DNA of 64,000 nucleotides from Parasitella parasitica NRRL 2501 (lineage: Eukaryota > Fungi > Mucoromycota): contig MU619248.1 of the NCBI GenBank assembly GCA_025201805.1, positions 62,001 through 126,000 of the forward strand, written 5' to 3'. The translations under genes were made by a program, and so were the position numbers. The notes below the pieces were generated by a model. The model was not told where the DNA came from and ran no database searches. It saw only the letters and a list, made by a program, of their open reading frames with translations. Below are positions 49,059-63,380 of the stretch, in pieces. Position 1 is the first letter of the stretch. Each line of letters begins with the position of its first letter.

Positions 49059-49976
49059 TTATAGACGAAACCTCTTCTTGTACATTAGGTAAGTTGGTGA
49101 TGAGCTCTCCAATGAAATTGTGTCGCATTCCTTCTTTTCTTGGTGCTGGACCCCGAGAACTTCTTGAGCTACCAAAGGCACTTGATTGCTGCCAGCATCC
49201 TTGCTTGTATGATTGCTATATCTGTCAATGATCGCAGGGGGAATGGGGAGAGAGCAACCCAATACAGCACCTGTAGGTGACGGTAAGGTGCTTGTAGATG
49301 AAGCTGCGGATAAGGAACAACTGTATAAAGGCAATGAAGGTTGAGGGGAACAGATAAAAGAGGAAGTAGAGGGTTGAGTGACAATAGGAGCCAACTTCTT
49401 GTTTCTACGTGATAATAGGGATTCCTTGGTGGAATCATCTTCTTCGCCCCTAATCATGTTTGTACAACGAAGGGGTAACGTAGGCATTCGATACACTTCA
49501 GGTGAGGTCATTATGACACTATCTACACAGGCAATTGATATGTTTCGATTCGATACGATTGATTTAGTTGGTGATTTCTGGTGCAATAATAAAGGTGACG
49601 GTGCTGGCGAATACTTGATGATTCTGCTTTGAATTGCACAGATCCATGTCTCCATGTCAATTTCAGATTTGCATTCGACAATCCAGGGTTTCAACACATG
49701 ATCCCCTAGTTGCTGTTTTGGTTCGAGACGAAAACAGAAAGGGTGTTGTAAAGTAGATGCAGGGATAACTTGCGCAATTTGACGTAGATTTAGTACTTGC
49801 GACGCTACCTCTGAATACTCGTCTTTATAAAAACGCAGTTCAGAATCAAGCAGCACAAAATACCTCGAGATCCAGCGAGATCTCCCGAATGGCAAAGACA
49901 CCATCTTCGATAGCCAACCAGCCGTTGGTGAATACAATTGATGCTGTGGTGTAATGACTGTATAGTTTTTATTCAT
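49059..49976 (-). CDS. PH-domain protein with S/P-rich tail
   Basis: AGWLSKM...WISRYFVL...LRFYKDE...FCFRL...METWICAIQ is a PH signature; intronless. Confidence 0.85.
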   Translation of the reverse strand: MNKNYTVITPQHQLYSPTAGWLSKMVSLPFGRSRWISRYFVLLDSELRFYKDEYSEVASQVLNLRQIAQVIPASTLQHPFCFRLEPKQQLGDHVLKPWIVECKSEIDMETWICAIQSRIIKYSPAPSPLLLHQKSPTKSIVSNRNISIACVDSVIMTSPEVYRMPTLPLRCTNMIRGEEDDSTKESLLSRRNKKLAPIVTQPSTSSFICSPQPSLPLYSCSLSAASSTSTLPSPTGAVLGCSLPIPPAIIDRYSNHTSKDAGSNQVPLVAQEVLGVQHQEKKECDTISLESSSPTYLMYKKRFRL

Positions 49977-51060
49977 TTTTATGTATTAAAAGGAGAGTAA
50001 TTGGCAGAAAGTTAAGTAAGAGAAAACAAAACAAAAAAAAAGGGAATTGCTTCCAATCAAGCTGCTATTTATACATGAACAGCTAAAATAAAGCTAAATG
50101 TTTTATGGGAATTACGCCTTGAGTATTGGAAACAGTTTCCCCTTATTTCTCGAGGGTCAACATTAGAATGGCAAAAACTTTAAATTGCAATGTTCCTTTA
50201 TAATACAACATCCCATAAGTTTTATATAGACTTTTCCGATATAAATATACTTTTCAGCCGAACACTTGCGAGAAGGCGTAATATGGTTATTCTCATCGGC
50301 TTTCATCTTTTTTTTGTTGGGGGTTTTAAATGTAGCGCCATGTTTGCAACTGTCGCATCCTTCTACCTTTCTTACAAAACGATTGCCCCCTTTATAGTTT
50401 CAATTGAGAAGCGATCTCCCTTTTGGATGATTAGTAATGTTTTTGGTAGTGATTTGACGGCCGCATCTACTTTGATACAGCTTGTTGAAAAAGAAAGGGA
50501 GGCGCAATAAATCGATAACATGTTCACTTGTCATACCTGCAAGTAATTGAGTAACATGAGCTATAGATGTGATCTACCTGTACCTTTTTTTCATATTGAA
50601 ACAGCGCTTTTACCATGATTCTTACGCTCACATTATTAATGTCATCATATAGGGACATGCCAATAACAACATTCCTAATCAGGTCAGTATAATCATTTTA
50701 AATCATTGTTATAGACCTCAATACAACAGTTGCGATTTTTACTTGATAATATTATACATTAGTCATCCAATGGCAGTTGGCAAACTTTAATCAAACCATT
50801 CTCTTGAAACTCTGAAACAAGCAATAATACTAATTGGACTAAAAGCGGTTCATTTATCACCATAATGGCAAGAAAAAAAGTGACTACTTGGACTACAACA
50901 ATGGATCCGTCTTAACGCGGGCTATTTCAATTGATGGGACAATTGTCTCTTTCTCTCTTCATTCTTCTTCAATTGCATTAAGTGCCATAGAATCTGCTTG
51001 CCTCATCAGTTTAACAGTAAAAGTGCCAAATATTGTATATATCAACAGCCTCAATCCAAG

Positions 51061-51704
51061 ATGAGCTTCCAAGCATTGAATTATCCTAGTATGTATAAAA
51101 AGAATATATGTGTGCAATGTTACAGATTTATGCTAATATATATCACATTTAAAGCGCAACAGCGACAAATACAAACACAAATGGCTAGTAGCTCCTCAGC
51201 AAAACGCAAATTTGAAGACGAATCAGAGCAGGTACTTAATGCTGCGTTCTATTGACGTATTTAATGTACTTAAACCTCGTCTAGTTTCTCAAAGTAAAAA
51301 AATTGCACTTTTTTGACGATGAACCAAGACAAAAGCATCAATTAATGCAGCATCTGATGCATGTCACCACTCATGCTTCTTTCAATTATACACCCTCGCC
51401 TAATGCGATTGCCAATTTTGCAAACCAGAGCATGGGGACAAATCCAGCGTTGTTTGGCATGATAACACCACCCGCAGAACATCTGCAGCAGCTGCAGTCG
51501 CAAGAGGAGCATGACATTTCAATGATGGAGGAAGACTACACAGATGAAGATGAATCACTACAAACCCCATCATACATGAATAATTATAATAGTTGCATGG
51601 CAACTGATGTGGAAGAAGATATAGATGACGGCTACATTGGCCAATTAGAAGGAGGATGGAGTGAAATGTTTAGTTTCATGGACTATCCTCATTATAACAA
51701 TTGA
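51061..51704 (+). CDS. Small uncharacterised low-complexity protein (KRK basic patch, acidic C-terminus)
   Basis: ATG 51061, two GT-AG introns, final exon in ORF 51303-51704. Confidence 0.6.
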
Positions 51705-51855
51705 GATTTGAATAAATTAGACATTAGGCGGGATTAGAATCAAACTGTAGTAATAGATGTTTAGTATAATCATGGCCATTATAAAAAAGATTCATATAAT
51801 TCGTCTTGTTTACTTTTCTTTTTTCCTCTTTGCTTTTTTTTTGGCAGTTCATGCA

Positions 51856-53585
51856 ATGTCAAGCTATTACTACTATATTTCATTTTTATGGTATCTATTT
51901 ACTTGTCTCCAATGCATTTCAACAAAAGAGATATCGTTCCGGGACGATAATATACAGTATTTTGGTCGCTGGCAAACTTCTTCCAACGAAATACAAAGCG
52001 GCTGGCCCGGTGCATACTTTAAAGTCATTCTAGAGCACACAAGTTCTGTGCAATTGCAATTCAACAAACCCACATCAATAAAAGTGCAGATTGACAAGGG
52101 AAAACCTCTGGATTTTGTCAATACAACTAGTATAAAAGTGAAACAAGGATTGGAAATTGACGGCACCCATGAGCTTAAAGTAATGGCAACAGATATAGAC
52201 CCAATGAAACTATCCATGTCTTTACAATCTCTTTTTATTGATGCAACAGGCATCACAGTACCTCCACCTTCTTCAGCAGACACTCCACTGGTAGAATTTG
52301 TTGGCCATGATTTAACATTGGGCGTGGAAACATCACAGCCAATATTCTCAAGCTTTGCTTGGCTAACAAGCGATCGGCTAGGATTAGAGCATTCACAGAT
52401 CGCTTATAAAGGCGCAACGTTGATTGATGGCATGGAAGACAAATACTTTGATTGGTCTTTGCTATTCAATCAGCAGCACCCGCAACAAACAAAATCTCCT
52501 TGGGGCGTCGTCATTCTGTTAGGCTCAAATGACCATCAAACGAATTACCCTTCTAACGAATATAGAAATACGCTCAATACCTTTTTAACAAAAATTCGCA
52601 AGACACTGTATGAACATGCGCCAATATTCATTCTTTCAGAACCACTCGGGGACATGTTTCGACCATCCCAGCAATCTGTATTAGACATAACGCATCAAGG
52701 AGATCAGAATGTATATTTTGTTGATACAACAGGCTGGTTAAGATACGGACCCAATTACTATAGAGACAAGGTAGCGTTATTTAATTACATGTATGAGAAT
52801 GATCTAATCATCTTGTATTCGGTTAGGGTCATCTTACCGATGCAGGTCATGAATTGTTTGCAAAGAAATTAGCTCCTCTTTTGCAAGTCAAGCTGACACA
52901 TCCCCGAGACCCATTACCAGGACCACCGCCAAATCCCAATTTACCGGGAGATTGGCAAACAATGGATGTAGGACAAGAAAATCGAGTTGGTTTACCAGGC
53001 ACAGTCTCTGCAGATTCAGCTACTACATTTACATTATGGGGATCAGGTGCTGACATTGATAGTGACACAGACGCATTTCGATTTCTATATCAACCACTCT
53101 CGAGTCAGGGGACAATTGAAAGCACAATACGCTCTCATTCTGCTTTTGCAAAATGTGCAAAAGCTGGGATTATGATTCGCGAGCACTTGGGCCATGGCTC
53201 GCCATTCATCATGTTGGGTATATCTCCTGCTGAGGGTGTTTTTGTTCAGATTCGATATGGCAATTTAAAGGTGTCCGAATTGATTAAAAAGATGAGATGT
53301 TCACCTCCTTACCGTCTTCGAATTGTGCGACAAAAGCAAAAGAGTATTTTCGAAGCGCAAATTCAACATGTTGATGACGATAGAAACAAGACCAGTTGGG
53401 AAACCTTTGTTTCTGTACCTTTCGTAATGGCGCGTGATGTGTATGCTGGTTTAGCAGTAACCAGCTGCGATACATCTGTTGTTAGCGTGGCGAAGTTTAC
53501 AGAGGTGGCTCTTTATCACCGTGCCTCAGTAAATCAGCAACGGGAAAAAGATACAGTCCGTTTTATAGACCAACAACAAGGTTAA
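51856..53585 (+). CDS. Secreted CE2-like SGNH-fold protein fused to a bacterial-type beta-sandwich (concanavalin/DUF1349-like) domain
   Basis: Signal peptide; IQYFGRW...GWPGAYF (CE2 N-domain); VILLGSND (block III); DKGH after intron 52771-52826; C-terminal WQTMDVG..PG..GSGADI..DAFRFLYQPL..AKAGIMIRE..VYAGLAVTS. Confidence 0.8.
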
Positions 53586-54307
53586 TTGATTAAATAAATT
53601 GCATTTAAAGTAATTATTATTAGAGGATGCTGTTGGTTTCAAAGGGACTATCTTTTATGCAAATGAGAGAATGTAAAGGATTCCTTTTCCTAAAAACACT
53701 CCTGAAAGTCTCTACTATTAAACTTTGATCACCCAACTTTGCTTGCCTTTTTTTGCATATAAACAAGCTAAGAAGTCTTTCAAATCCTTAAACTTTTACC
53801 GAATATTAACCAGCTCTTCTTAGTTGTCAAAAAACGGACAGAAGAAACTTCATCGTGAAGTATATGCAAATTTTGATGGCCTAACCTATGATGATCAATT
53901 CAAAGACTCAAATCGCTAAGAAATGACTCTTTAAATCTAAAATATTAGTCAAAAGCATCGCGATACGCTTCAAAAATAACATAAAATTACCTTAAAGTAA
54001 AATTTATTGATTTCTGGGCAAAGTACATGCTTTCTCTAATTGCAAACTACTCAATTATTTTGGTTGTGCATTCACAGAGGTTTTGGCAAAGTTTCAGCCA
54101 TTCAAAGTATGGCTATAATCCTCATGCGCATCCAGCCACTACGTGGAACGGAAAGCATTTACCTCTCTTACACCACCGTAACGTATTAGATTTTGTAATT
54201 AGTATTGCTATTGAATCAAAGGCAAGACAAGCACATAATTAGTGTAGTTTTATAAAACATCTGTTGTTTTTTATTTAGATTTAAGGTAAGGGGAATATAT
54301 AGTACGC

Positions 54308-55510
54308 TTAATTTTTCTTTTGCTTTGCTTCAAAACGAACAGGTGTCTGAATGCCGACCAACCAAGTGATACCGGTTCCTGCAATAAACAAAAAGAGAAG
54401 GACAACGCCAAGTACCATGAAGACACCAGGTGTAAATAATTGATATTTTGCAAAAATTGGCAAGTTTTTGACAGGTGCAGGAGCGCGACGGTTCAATTTT
54501 TGAGAATTCTCATTATCAGATGTCTATTATTCATCATTAATAGTATCCATAGCAATGATTTCGAGGATTTATAATTACCTTTGCTTCGCTTGAGGTATAA
54601 ATAACAGCGTAATCGTCTTGAACTTTACTTTGGACAGTATCAATAAATTGACCCAACAAAGCATCTATGTATGAAAAATACATATAAATACAGCAACATG
54701 CGCAAGTATACATGATACCCTACCATTAGCTTTTAGCTCAGTTTCCTCGTACGCTTCAGGAAGAGGAACTACGGCAACAATAGGCGTGCCTTGTTCAACA
54801 ATATCGTCGGCAGAAACAGCTTTATATTGGTTATCATTCTGATCTAATGTTATGCATCGACAAAGACTTACTGGAGGGGTCCAAGATAGAAACAGCAGCA
54901 TTACAGCCACTAGCAATCATCTTTGCAACTTCATATACATCAACGCCTTTGGCGATATACTCAATGTGTGAGCCAGAATTTGCTTGAGTGCTATGTTCCT
55001 ATATGAAATTGTCACTTTTCAGTTCCCAAAAAATCCTTTCTCAGCTATTTATCGCGAGAAAAATGATAGTTACCTTCAACTGAGTAAAAGCGTCTTGGAG
55101 ATTAGAGCGAGTGAGATCATTACTATGGAGCTAGCGGGAAAGGTCGTTTTAGATGATTGTGTGTTTCATCAACGACGTGTTTTCACTTGTATTTTCATTT
55201 ACCATAGGTTGGTTGATCAAAGCAATAACTTTAGCCGAGCAAATATCAGAGGATAAAGAAGACAAGATGGCAGAGGAAGCGTCTGTTTGGCTGATGATAA
55301 ATTGGTCATTTGTCTTAACATTGGTATCAATGTAGCTTTGTAGATGTGTTAGTTTTTTCTTTTTTTTTTTTTTTTCAAAAATAGATTTGCGATGTATAAT
55401 TTGGACTAGATTACAAACTTTTTGGGAGACCACATAATACAGGGAACAGTAGACTCAAAAGCCATAACAGCTGAGGCTAATGATAATAAAGCTACTACAG
55501 TATACTTCAT
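54308..55510 (-). CDS. V-ATPase assembly factor Voa1/ATP6AP1 (BIG1-like) type I membrane protein
   Basis: Signal peptide MKYTVVALLSLASAVMAFESTVPCIMWS; C-terminal YQLFTPGVFM-TM-GIQTPVRFE and dilysine end KQKKN; several introns. Confidence 0.8.
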
Positions 55511-55986
55511 TTTGTAAATTGTAATTGAAACAAGGGGAACAAGAAGTGTGTTAAAAAAGAAATAGCGCTTTCTTTTTACACTCATTAGAAGGAAATAACG
55601 TGATTGATGTATGGAGGAGTTTCGAGGCGCAAAAAAGAAGTCAATTTGGTCGACTCATACTAGTAGGCAATGCTATAGTATGTAAGATGTAGCCTATGGT
55701 AATATGCTTCTTGCAAGGCAAAAGAAAAGAATCGCCTAATAGATTTTGGATTGCAATACAATCTATCATATGAATCAACAGCGTTGGCATTTACAATCTC
55801 CATAGTAACAAAATTCATTTGACAGCTTGACAGAATTTATGACAACCAGGAACAAGGTTTATCAAGGAACTTTTATTCTAAATTTAATACTGCATTGATG
55901 ATTCTACATATTACATAATACATATAAATGTGAATTTTATTTGATTAACTAATCATTGCTTATACACGGAGAAAAGCATATTTTAA

Positions 55987-57089
55987 TCACTTTTCTTCTT
56001 CATCATCCATTTCGTCATCGCCTTCATCCGCCGAGGTATAAGATTCTTCATTCTTTTGTTTATCTTCAGGCGACTCATAGCTTTGAGCCCATTTGACTAA
56101 AAGAGAGGGGTTTTGAACGGATAAATCGTAATTCAAAAAGAACATGAATTCTCGTTCCATACGTGCAATTCTCAAATTACGGTCTTTATCAGACACTTCA
56201 GGAATACGATTGGCTGCCGTCATATAAGATTCGTTTTTTTTGGCGGCTATGGTATCATCGGATGCTGTGGCGTTGTCTATTGCTATGGGAACTTTCTGGG
56301 AGTTATTCTCATCGCTTGATAGCGAAGAAGAAGCATGATTTTTTAGAGCAATTGTGATATTTTCCACAATGGAAGTTGTAATGGGCATTTTAGGCGAGGT
56401 AGGTGGAGTAATTGGAGCTGTAATGACTGAAGCATTTTTTCTGATGTTGGTATATATGATCAATTTTAAGCTATCGTGAATATATCTTGAGGCCATAATG
56501 AATGCGACCATAATCATTCGAGATCCACATCCAGGAGTGCCTTTCAAATCACGATAACGCTGCAATAAAAATCATAATTAGTAATTCGGAACATCAATCC
56601 AAGGCCGTTTTTTACCTTATTTAATCTTTCTACATAGCTGATAGCTATTAATAATGTTAGACTAGGACAGATAATGGGTGTCGACACTGGACTCGAGCAA
56701 AAATTTTGCAGTGAAACCTCGAATGGCTCATTTTTATCCATTCCAGTCGTATCTAGCAAATTGTTCATCATGTAATATAGCTGCTGGATTTTTTCTTGGC
56801 AAGGTTTATCTTCCCAAGCTTGAGAAACGAACACAGCTAAACAGGCTAAACAAAATATGTTAGGGTAAAAAATAAGACGGCAGATTTCATATAAGTTACC
56901 AAGGCATTTTTTACTGAGCCTTCTACGTCCATTTAATTCAATAGCTTGCAAAAGAGCACATGCTTGGTTGTTGCCAAATAAGCGAGGATGATCGGTTTTA
57001 TCTGGGTTGTTTGATTCCAATTGTTGTCGTCGGTAGGGACAGGGCAGATGTCGATTTTTTGTACTGTGTTTCTTTGTAAGAGCCCTCAT
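55987..57089 (-). CDS. Pho85-type (Pcl-like) cyclin-domain protein
   Basis: LIAISYVERL, GCGSRMIMVAFIMASRYIHD and RMEREFMFFLNYDLSV cyclin-box helices; two introns. Confidence 0.7.
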
Positions 57090-58048
57090 GATGGTTTGGT
57101 TTACTGATTGTAAACGAATGAAAACAAGATGATGTTATTGACTTCGTAAAATGATAAAAGATGAAATAAATAAGAAAGTGAATTTTTGGAATTTTTGTTA
57201 GGTCTATTATAAAGACTTTTTATTTGGATTTGTAATTCTCGTCTTAAACAAATCTCCCGCCGAGCCTTGCATGATTTCTAATCAATTTTCTAGAACTGAC
57301 CAATCTTAGTATGCTATTAAAACGGCCCGCAAACTCTTTGAACAGTGATCAGTGCAAAACATGCAATATCTAAAGAACATAATTTTACATAGTTAAATGT
57401 ACAGTACCCTTTACATATATTATTATTGAAATCAAAAATTTTAGATAATCGACAGTGTAACATTTGGCTTTCATTGTTCAGGAAAATTAAATCAATGTGT
57501 ACAATAAAAACGCTTACAAGCAGATTGGATGCTCGTTATGATAAATAAGCGTGCCCGATTCGACCAACTACTTTTTCTAGTGATATGCTTGCTCAATAAA
57601 GGGCTCCAAATCAGAAATTAACGAGATTTTTTATGCTTAGTAATATAGCTTTGATGAGTGTAGTGCTGTGATTTTTACGAAATTTATTCGCATCAAGCGA
57701 AAGTTCGTATCTGATGCCTTTTAAATACGTTTCGATTAACATTAATGTCATGTCTGGATTCAATTATTTTTTTAAAAAAAAGGAGATATTTCAAGACTGG
57801 AGGGCTTCCTTTCCAAACTTGCTGTCACTGATTACTCGTCTGCTTATTAATCCTCCCAACAAAACTCCACTACGCATATTTATTAAATAAACTGCCCACA
57901 TTGTATGAGAGATTGAAAGTACTAGAAAATCAGTAAAAGCTGTGAATACAGTATTGATAAAGGTTATCTTCTAAGTCATTTTAGGTCTCTACAGTTTATT
58001 TATTGCTTTTTGTACAGTCAAGATAAGATATGAAAGGTATTCACTTGT

Positions 58049-60862
58049 TTAATTGGCAAACACCTTCTTGTTGTAAGTTCTTTTTGCGTATTTCATCAAT
58101 GTAACCATTGCAGCTGGTGTCATGCCCTCGATACGCTTCGCAGCACCCTTATTTTGATTATATGAGCGTTATATATATATCATTCCAAGATTTTTTTTTT
58201 TTTTTTACATACCAAAGTCTCAGGACGCACCTTGGCTAGCTTTTGACGTACTTCATTAGAAATTTGGTCCATTCTAAACGTTATTAAAACAGGTAAGTAG
58301 AAATACAGGTAGAGAAAAGTCAGCAAATAATAAATACTGTAAATAGTCGAGATTGATGTCTAACGTCAGATGTTCATCTCTTTTTAATGCTGCCACTTCT
58401 AATTCTTGTCTTTTTAAAAAAGGCTTGTATCGACCTGAAAGCAGGGAAAGATGTGCGCATACAATGGTGAATTAATAAGCAATAAGTTGGCGAGGCAGTA
58501 TGCAAAAGTACCTTCAATCATAATACGCTCTTTTAAAGAAGGTTCTAAATGTTTGAGTTCTGGTAGTAGCTCCTGGAATTGCTCCAAGGTAACACTTGGC
58601 CAGGTCAACAGATCCATGCCACTTGAAAAAAAAAATGCGTAAAAAATAGGAGCCCATGTTATTTGATCGAAGTGGTTACCTTCTTAATGAACCATTATCA
58701 TTAAAGTGCTCTGTAGATGCTCGTGTACTGGGGCTGATATTATGTTCTGCCCAACGTTTTGCTGACATACGGAGATTCAGCAGCCCTTCTATGACAGATC
58801 TTAAAGCACCAGAGGAAGACTGGTAATGATTCCATCGCTCTTGGCCAACGATGCCTGCTTCATAGCCTAGTAAACTTAGAGTAAATATCCACACTTCTGA
58901 TGAAGCAAAAACGTAGATTTTACCCTTTTCTGTTAATCTTGTATCAGCATTATCAGCTCTCAGCAATAATCTGTATTCAGATCTAGCTGTGAACACACGG
59001 TAAGGCTCCTCTACTCCTTTGGTGATCAGATCATCAATCAAAACACCAATATACGCATCTGATCTGTCCAAAATAAAAGGTGCTCTGTCTTGAGAATGCA
59101 GTCCAGCATTGATACCAGCCATTAAACCTTGAGCAGCTGCCTCTTCATAACCCGTGGTACCGTTAATTTGTCCAGCCAAAAATAGACCACTAATTCGCTT
59201 TGTTTCAAGAGTTGATCTTAGTTCTCTAGGGTCGATATGATCGTATTCGACCCCATACGCTTTAAGTGTACAGATATTAGTTGCCTTTTTTTTTTTTGAA
59301 ATCTACGCAAATTCATTACCAGGTTTCAGCATGTCAACATTTTCCAATCCACGAATCATTCTCATAAAATTTAACTGTATTTCCTCGGGCATTGTATTCG
59401 ATATGCCGTTAGGGTATACAACCGGCGTATCCAGTCCCTCAGGCTCTAACCAGATGTTATGCGCTTCTTTGTTGCTAAATCTCTTAATCTTACTCTCGAG
59501 TGAGGGACAGTATCTAGGCCCCTTTACCGTTTCTCTAATGTGAATGCTCTGGTCAAAATGCTCTGCAATGTATTTGTGTACTTTATCATTTGTGCGGGTT
59601 TGATGACATAAAATTTGATGATCCTATCGTACAAATCAGCTTCAAGTTATGCTAATTGAAACTCAAACTCACAGCATGTGGGACAGTTGCGTTGAGGAAA
59701 GAGAAGGGCGACGGAGGATTATCTCCTTCCTGCACAATTAATCCTTCGTAGTTGATTGTTCTTCCATCCAGTCTTGCAGGTGTGCCTAAGCAGTTATATC
59801 AGTTTTTCAGTCTTGTCAAGCGGACATGGACTGACCTGTCTTTAAACGAGCCAGCTTGAAACCAGCCGATTTTAATGATTTCGATAATCCAATGGACGGA
59901 TTCTCTCCAATCCTGCCAGCAGGCCATACTTTGAGGCCTACGAGATTGATGAGTATGTGATTGATTTCGTCGAATTATGAATATATGGCATTACCAAGAT
60001 GGATTTCTCCTCCTAAAAATGTGCCTGTAGTAATGATTACATTGGATGCTCTAATCACTTGTCCATTTTCTACACATTGATATAATAAATTTTCCATAAT
60101 GAATAGCTGCATAACATTATAAATACCTAATCGAACACCCTTTACAATTTGGGAAGCACCTTTTGAAATCATTTTTTGATGTTCTTCCTCTGTGACATTA
60201 TCATTCAGCAACAGATCAGATACACTTCCCGTTTCAATAGTCAAATTTGGGTAAACTTTCAAGTAAGATTGCAAATGCTTCTTGTATAATTTTCTATCAA
60301 TCTGTGCTCTTGGACCCTGCATTTATATAAAGCTGAGTATATATGACGTTTTGAACAATCAGGCATATCTTACATAAACTGCTGGTCCTTTCGATTTATT
60401 CAAAACCTTAAATTGAATGCCTGCAAGATCTTCATTTATTCTAAGTTTATTAACCAGTACATTAACTTTTAGAATAGCATACCTGATATGTGACCACACA
60501 CACCATCCAACGCATCAATTTCTCTGACTAGCACCCCTTTCCCAACACCTCCAAACGAAGGATTGCAAGACATTTCCCCTAGATTTACTGTAAATACTAA
60601 TCCATTTTGAGATATACATGTCTATGCTACCGATTGTATCTTTATTTTGTGTCAATAATAATGTTTTTGCGCCAGATCTGGCTGCTGCTGTACAGGCTTC
60701 TGTGCCGGCATGGCCACCTCCAATAACAATCACATCAAACACATTCTGTGCTGGTACATTTGCTGTTATTGACGCTTGTTTTAAAGCTCTGCATGTGTGA
60801 AGATGGTGTATGCATTCTGCTCTAAAAGAGCGGTATCTTAATGAGCTTAGGGTTCGAAGCAT
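58049..60862 (-). CDS. MTO1: Mitochondrial tRNA modification enzyme (MnmG/GidA family)
   Basis: [71 protein letters not shown]; many introns. Confidence 0.96.
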
Positions 60863-62091
60863 CGCTCTGATATCAAATGAATGAAAAAAATAAAATAAAA
60901 AAGAAAGCTGGGGTCAGAAGAAAAAGGCTTCGTTGATGGCCTTATTCGGATTTACAAAATTCAAGCTGCAATGGACGATTAAGCGCAAATCCGTTGATTT
61001 CGATGTTGTAGACGCAATAAATATAATCTATAGCTGCCACTTAACTTTGGTCACTTAATAGCAGGACCAAAGGAACCCCAAAAAGACTAGTATTATTTGT
61101 AATATTGTTTGTGTAATCGATCTATTTGTTATGATGGCTGCCATACTTTTACTTCTGTGAAAAATCAATTTGACTGTGTTTGCTTAAGAGATATAGTGCG
61201 CAAAGCACATTAAATAATGCTTAAGTTTACTGAAAAGACAAATATAATCAAAATTAGGAACTCTGGGCTATGGCAGCAAAGAAAGTTTCCTCAACGAACA
61301 TAAAAGTGAGTATAGACAATTCAATGTATTCGATGCATTTTATAACATACAATACGAAGTTTCTTTAAACCAGTAACAAATATCTTGGTTCACTAAATGT
61401 CATCACAATTTTGAGGTTTAATACTTACATTGCACACAAGTCAGAACTATCCTCTGATGATGGATATTTTAATATTCACTTATATAAATGATGTATACAT
61501 CGAAAGCTATGCTATACGAAAAATTGTAGAGTTGTTTTTTACCATAGCTTTTTAGATATAAGCAATTAGTACTATCGTTTTAGGAACGATTAATTGCTCT
61601 GAAATTATGCAAAATAATCATCTTGTGGACGACATATATGAATAGTATTATAGTAACTTGCCCCAAAAAAAAAGGTATAACTTTACAAACTTAAAATCAG
61701 ACACGAAAGCCGGAAGAAACTGTATTATTTATAATAGTAGATAGTTTTGCGAATGTCTGCGGCATTCCAAACATATCATGCTCGACATGTATACAAGATG
61801 CCATCAAGTAATATATCGTCGTAAAGATGAAAGTGAAAAATTCGTTTTTGTACGTCTAAGCTCAAAAAACATAGTAAACCCTTCTACTTTCTCTTGATAA
61901 TGGACATTTTATAGGTGGTAGTTTGCTAAACCCCGCACGCGATGGAAAAAATCTAGCATTTATGATTGAATGAGATGTAGTCATCCAGAGAAATCGTGTG
62001 GAGACGATAATGTAAGCAGGAATTATTAAACCCCCTGCAAACTTTTTGAATTTTTGTTTTGTTTTCTTTTTTTTTTTCTTGTGCACATTAA

Positions 62092-62990
<899 letters not shown>

Positions 62991-63380
62991 ATTTGTATTT
63001 AGTTTTTTTTTTTTTTAAAAAAAAATGAAAGGATATTTGTGTGTTTTTGTTTGCAACATGAATAAACATGATTTTTTATAATGGAAAGGATAATTTTTTC
63101 GCTTAATCGTACTCATAACGTAGCAGGTTTCCAAGGTGAAAAGCCTCTAGTTGATAGAACAATGCAGATAAGGGATAAGGATTGTCTCTAAGGGTTTGGT
63201 AGATATAGACTTTTTGGTGTGGTTGATTGAAGGGTGATTTGAGTGGGCTTCGGTTTGCTTGATGGTGGATATTCGAGTCACGATCGTAGGCGTGCTTATC
63301 GAGCATCAGGAAGCTGCTACTGCGCATTGTTTGCATATCTATCCTTTTTTTAAAAAAAATTATACTTGTAGATACAAAAA

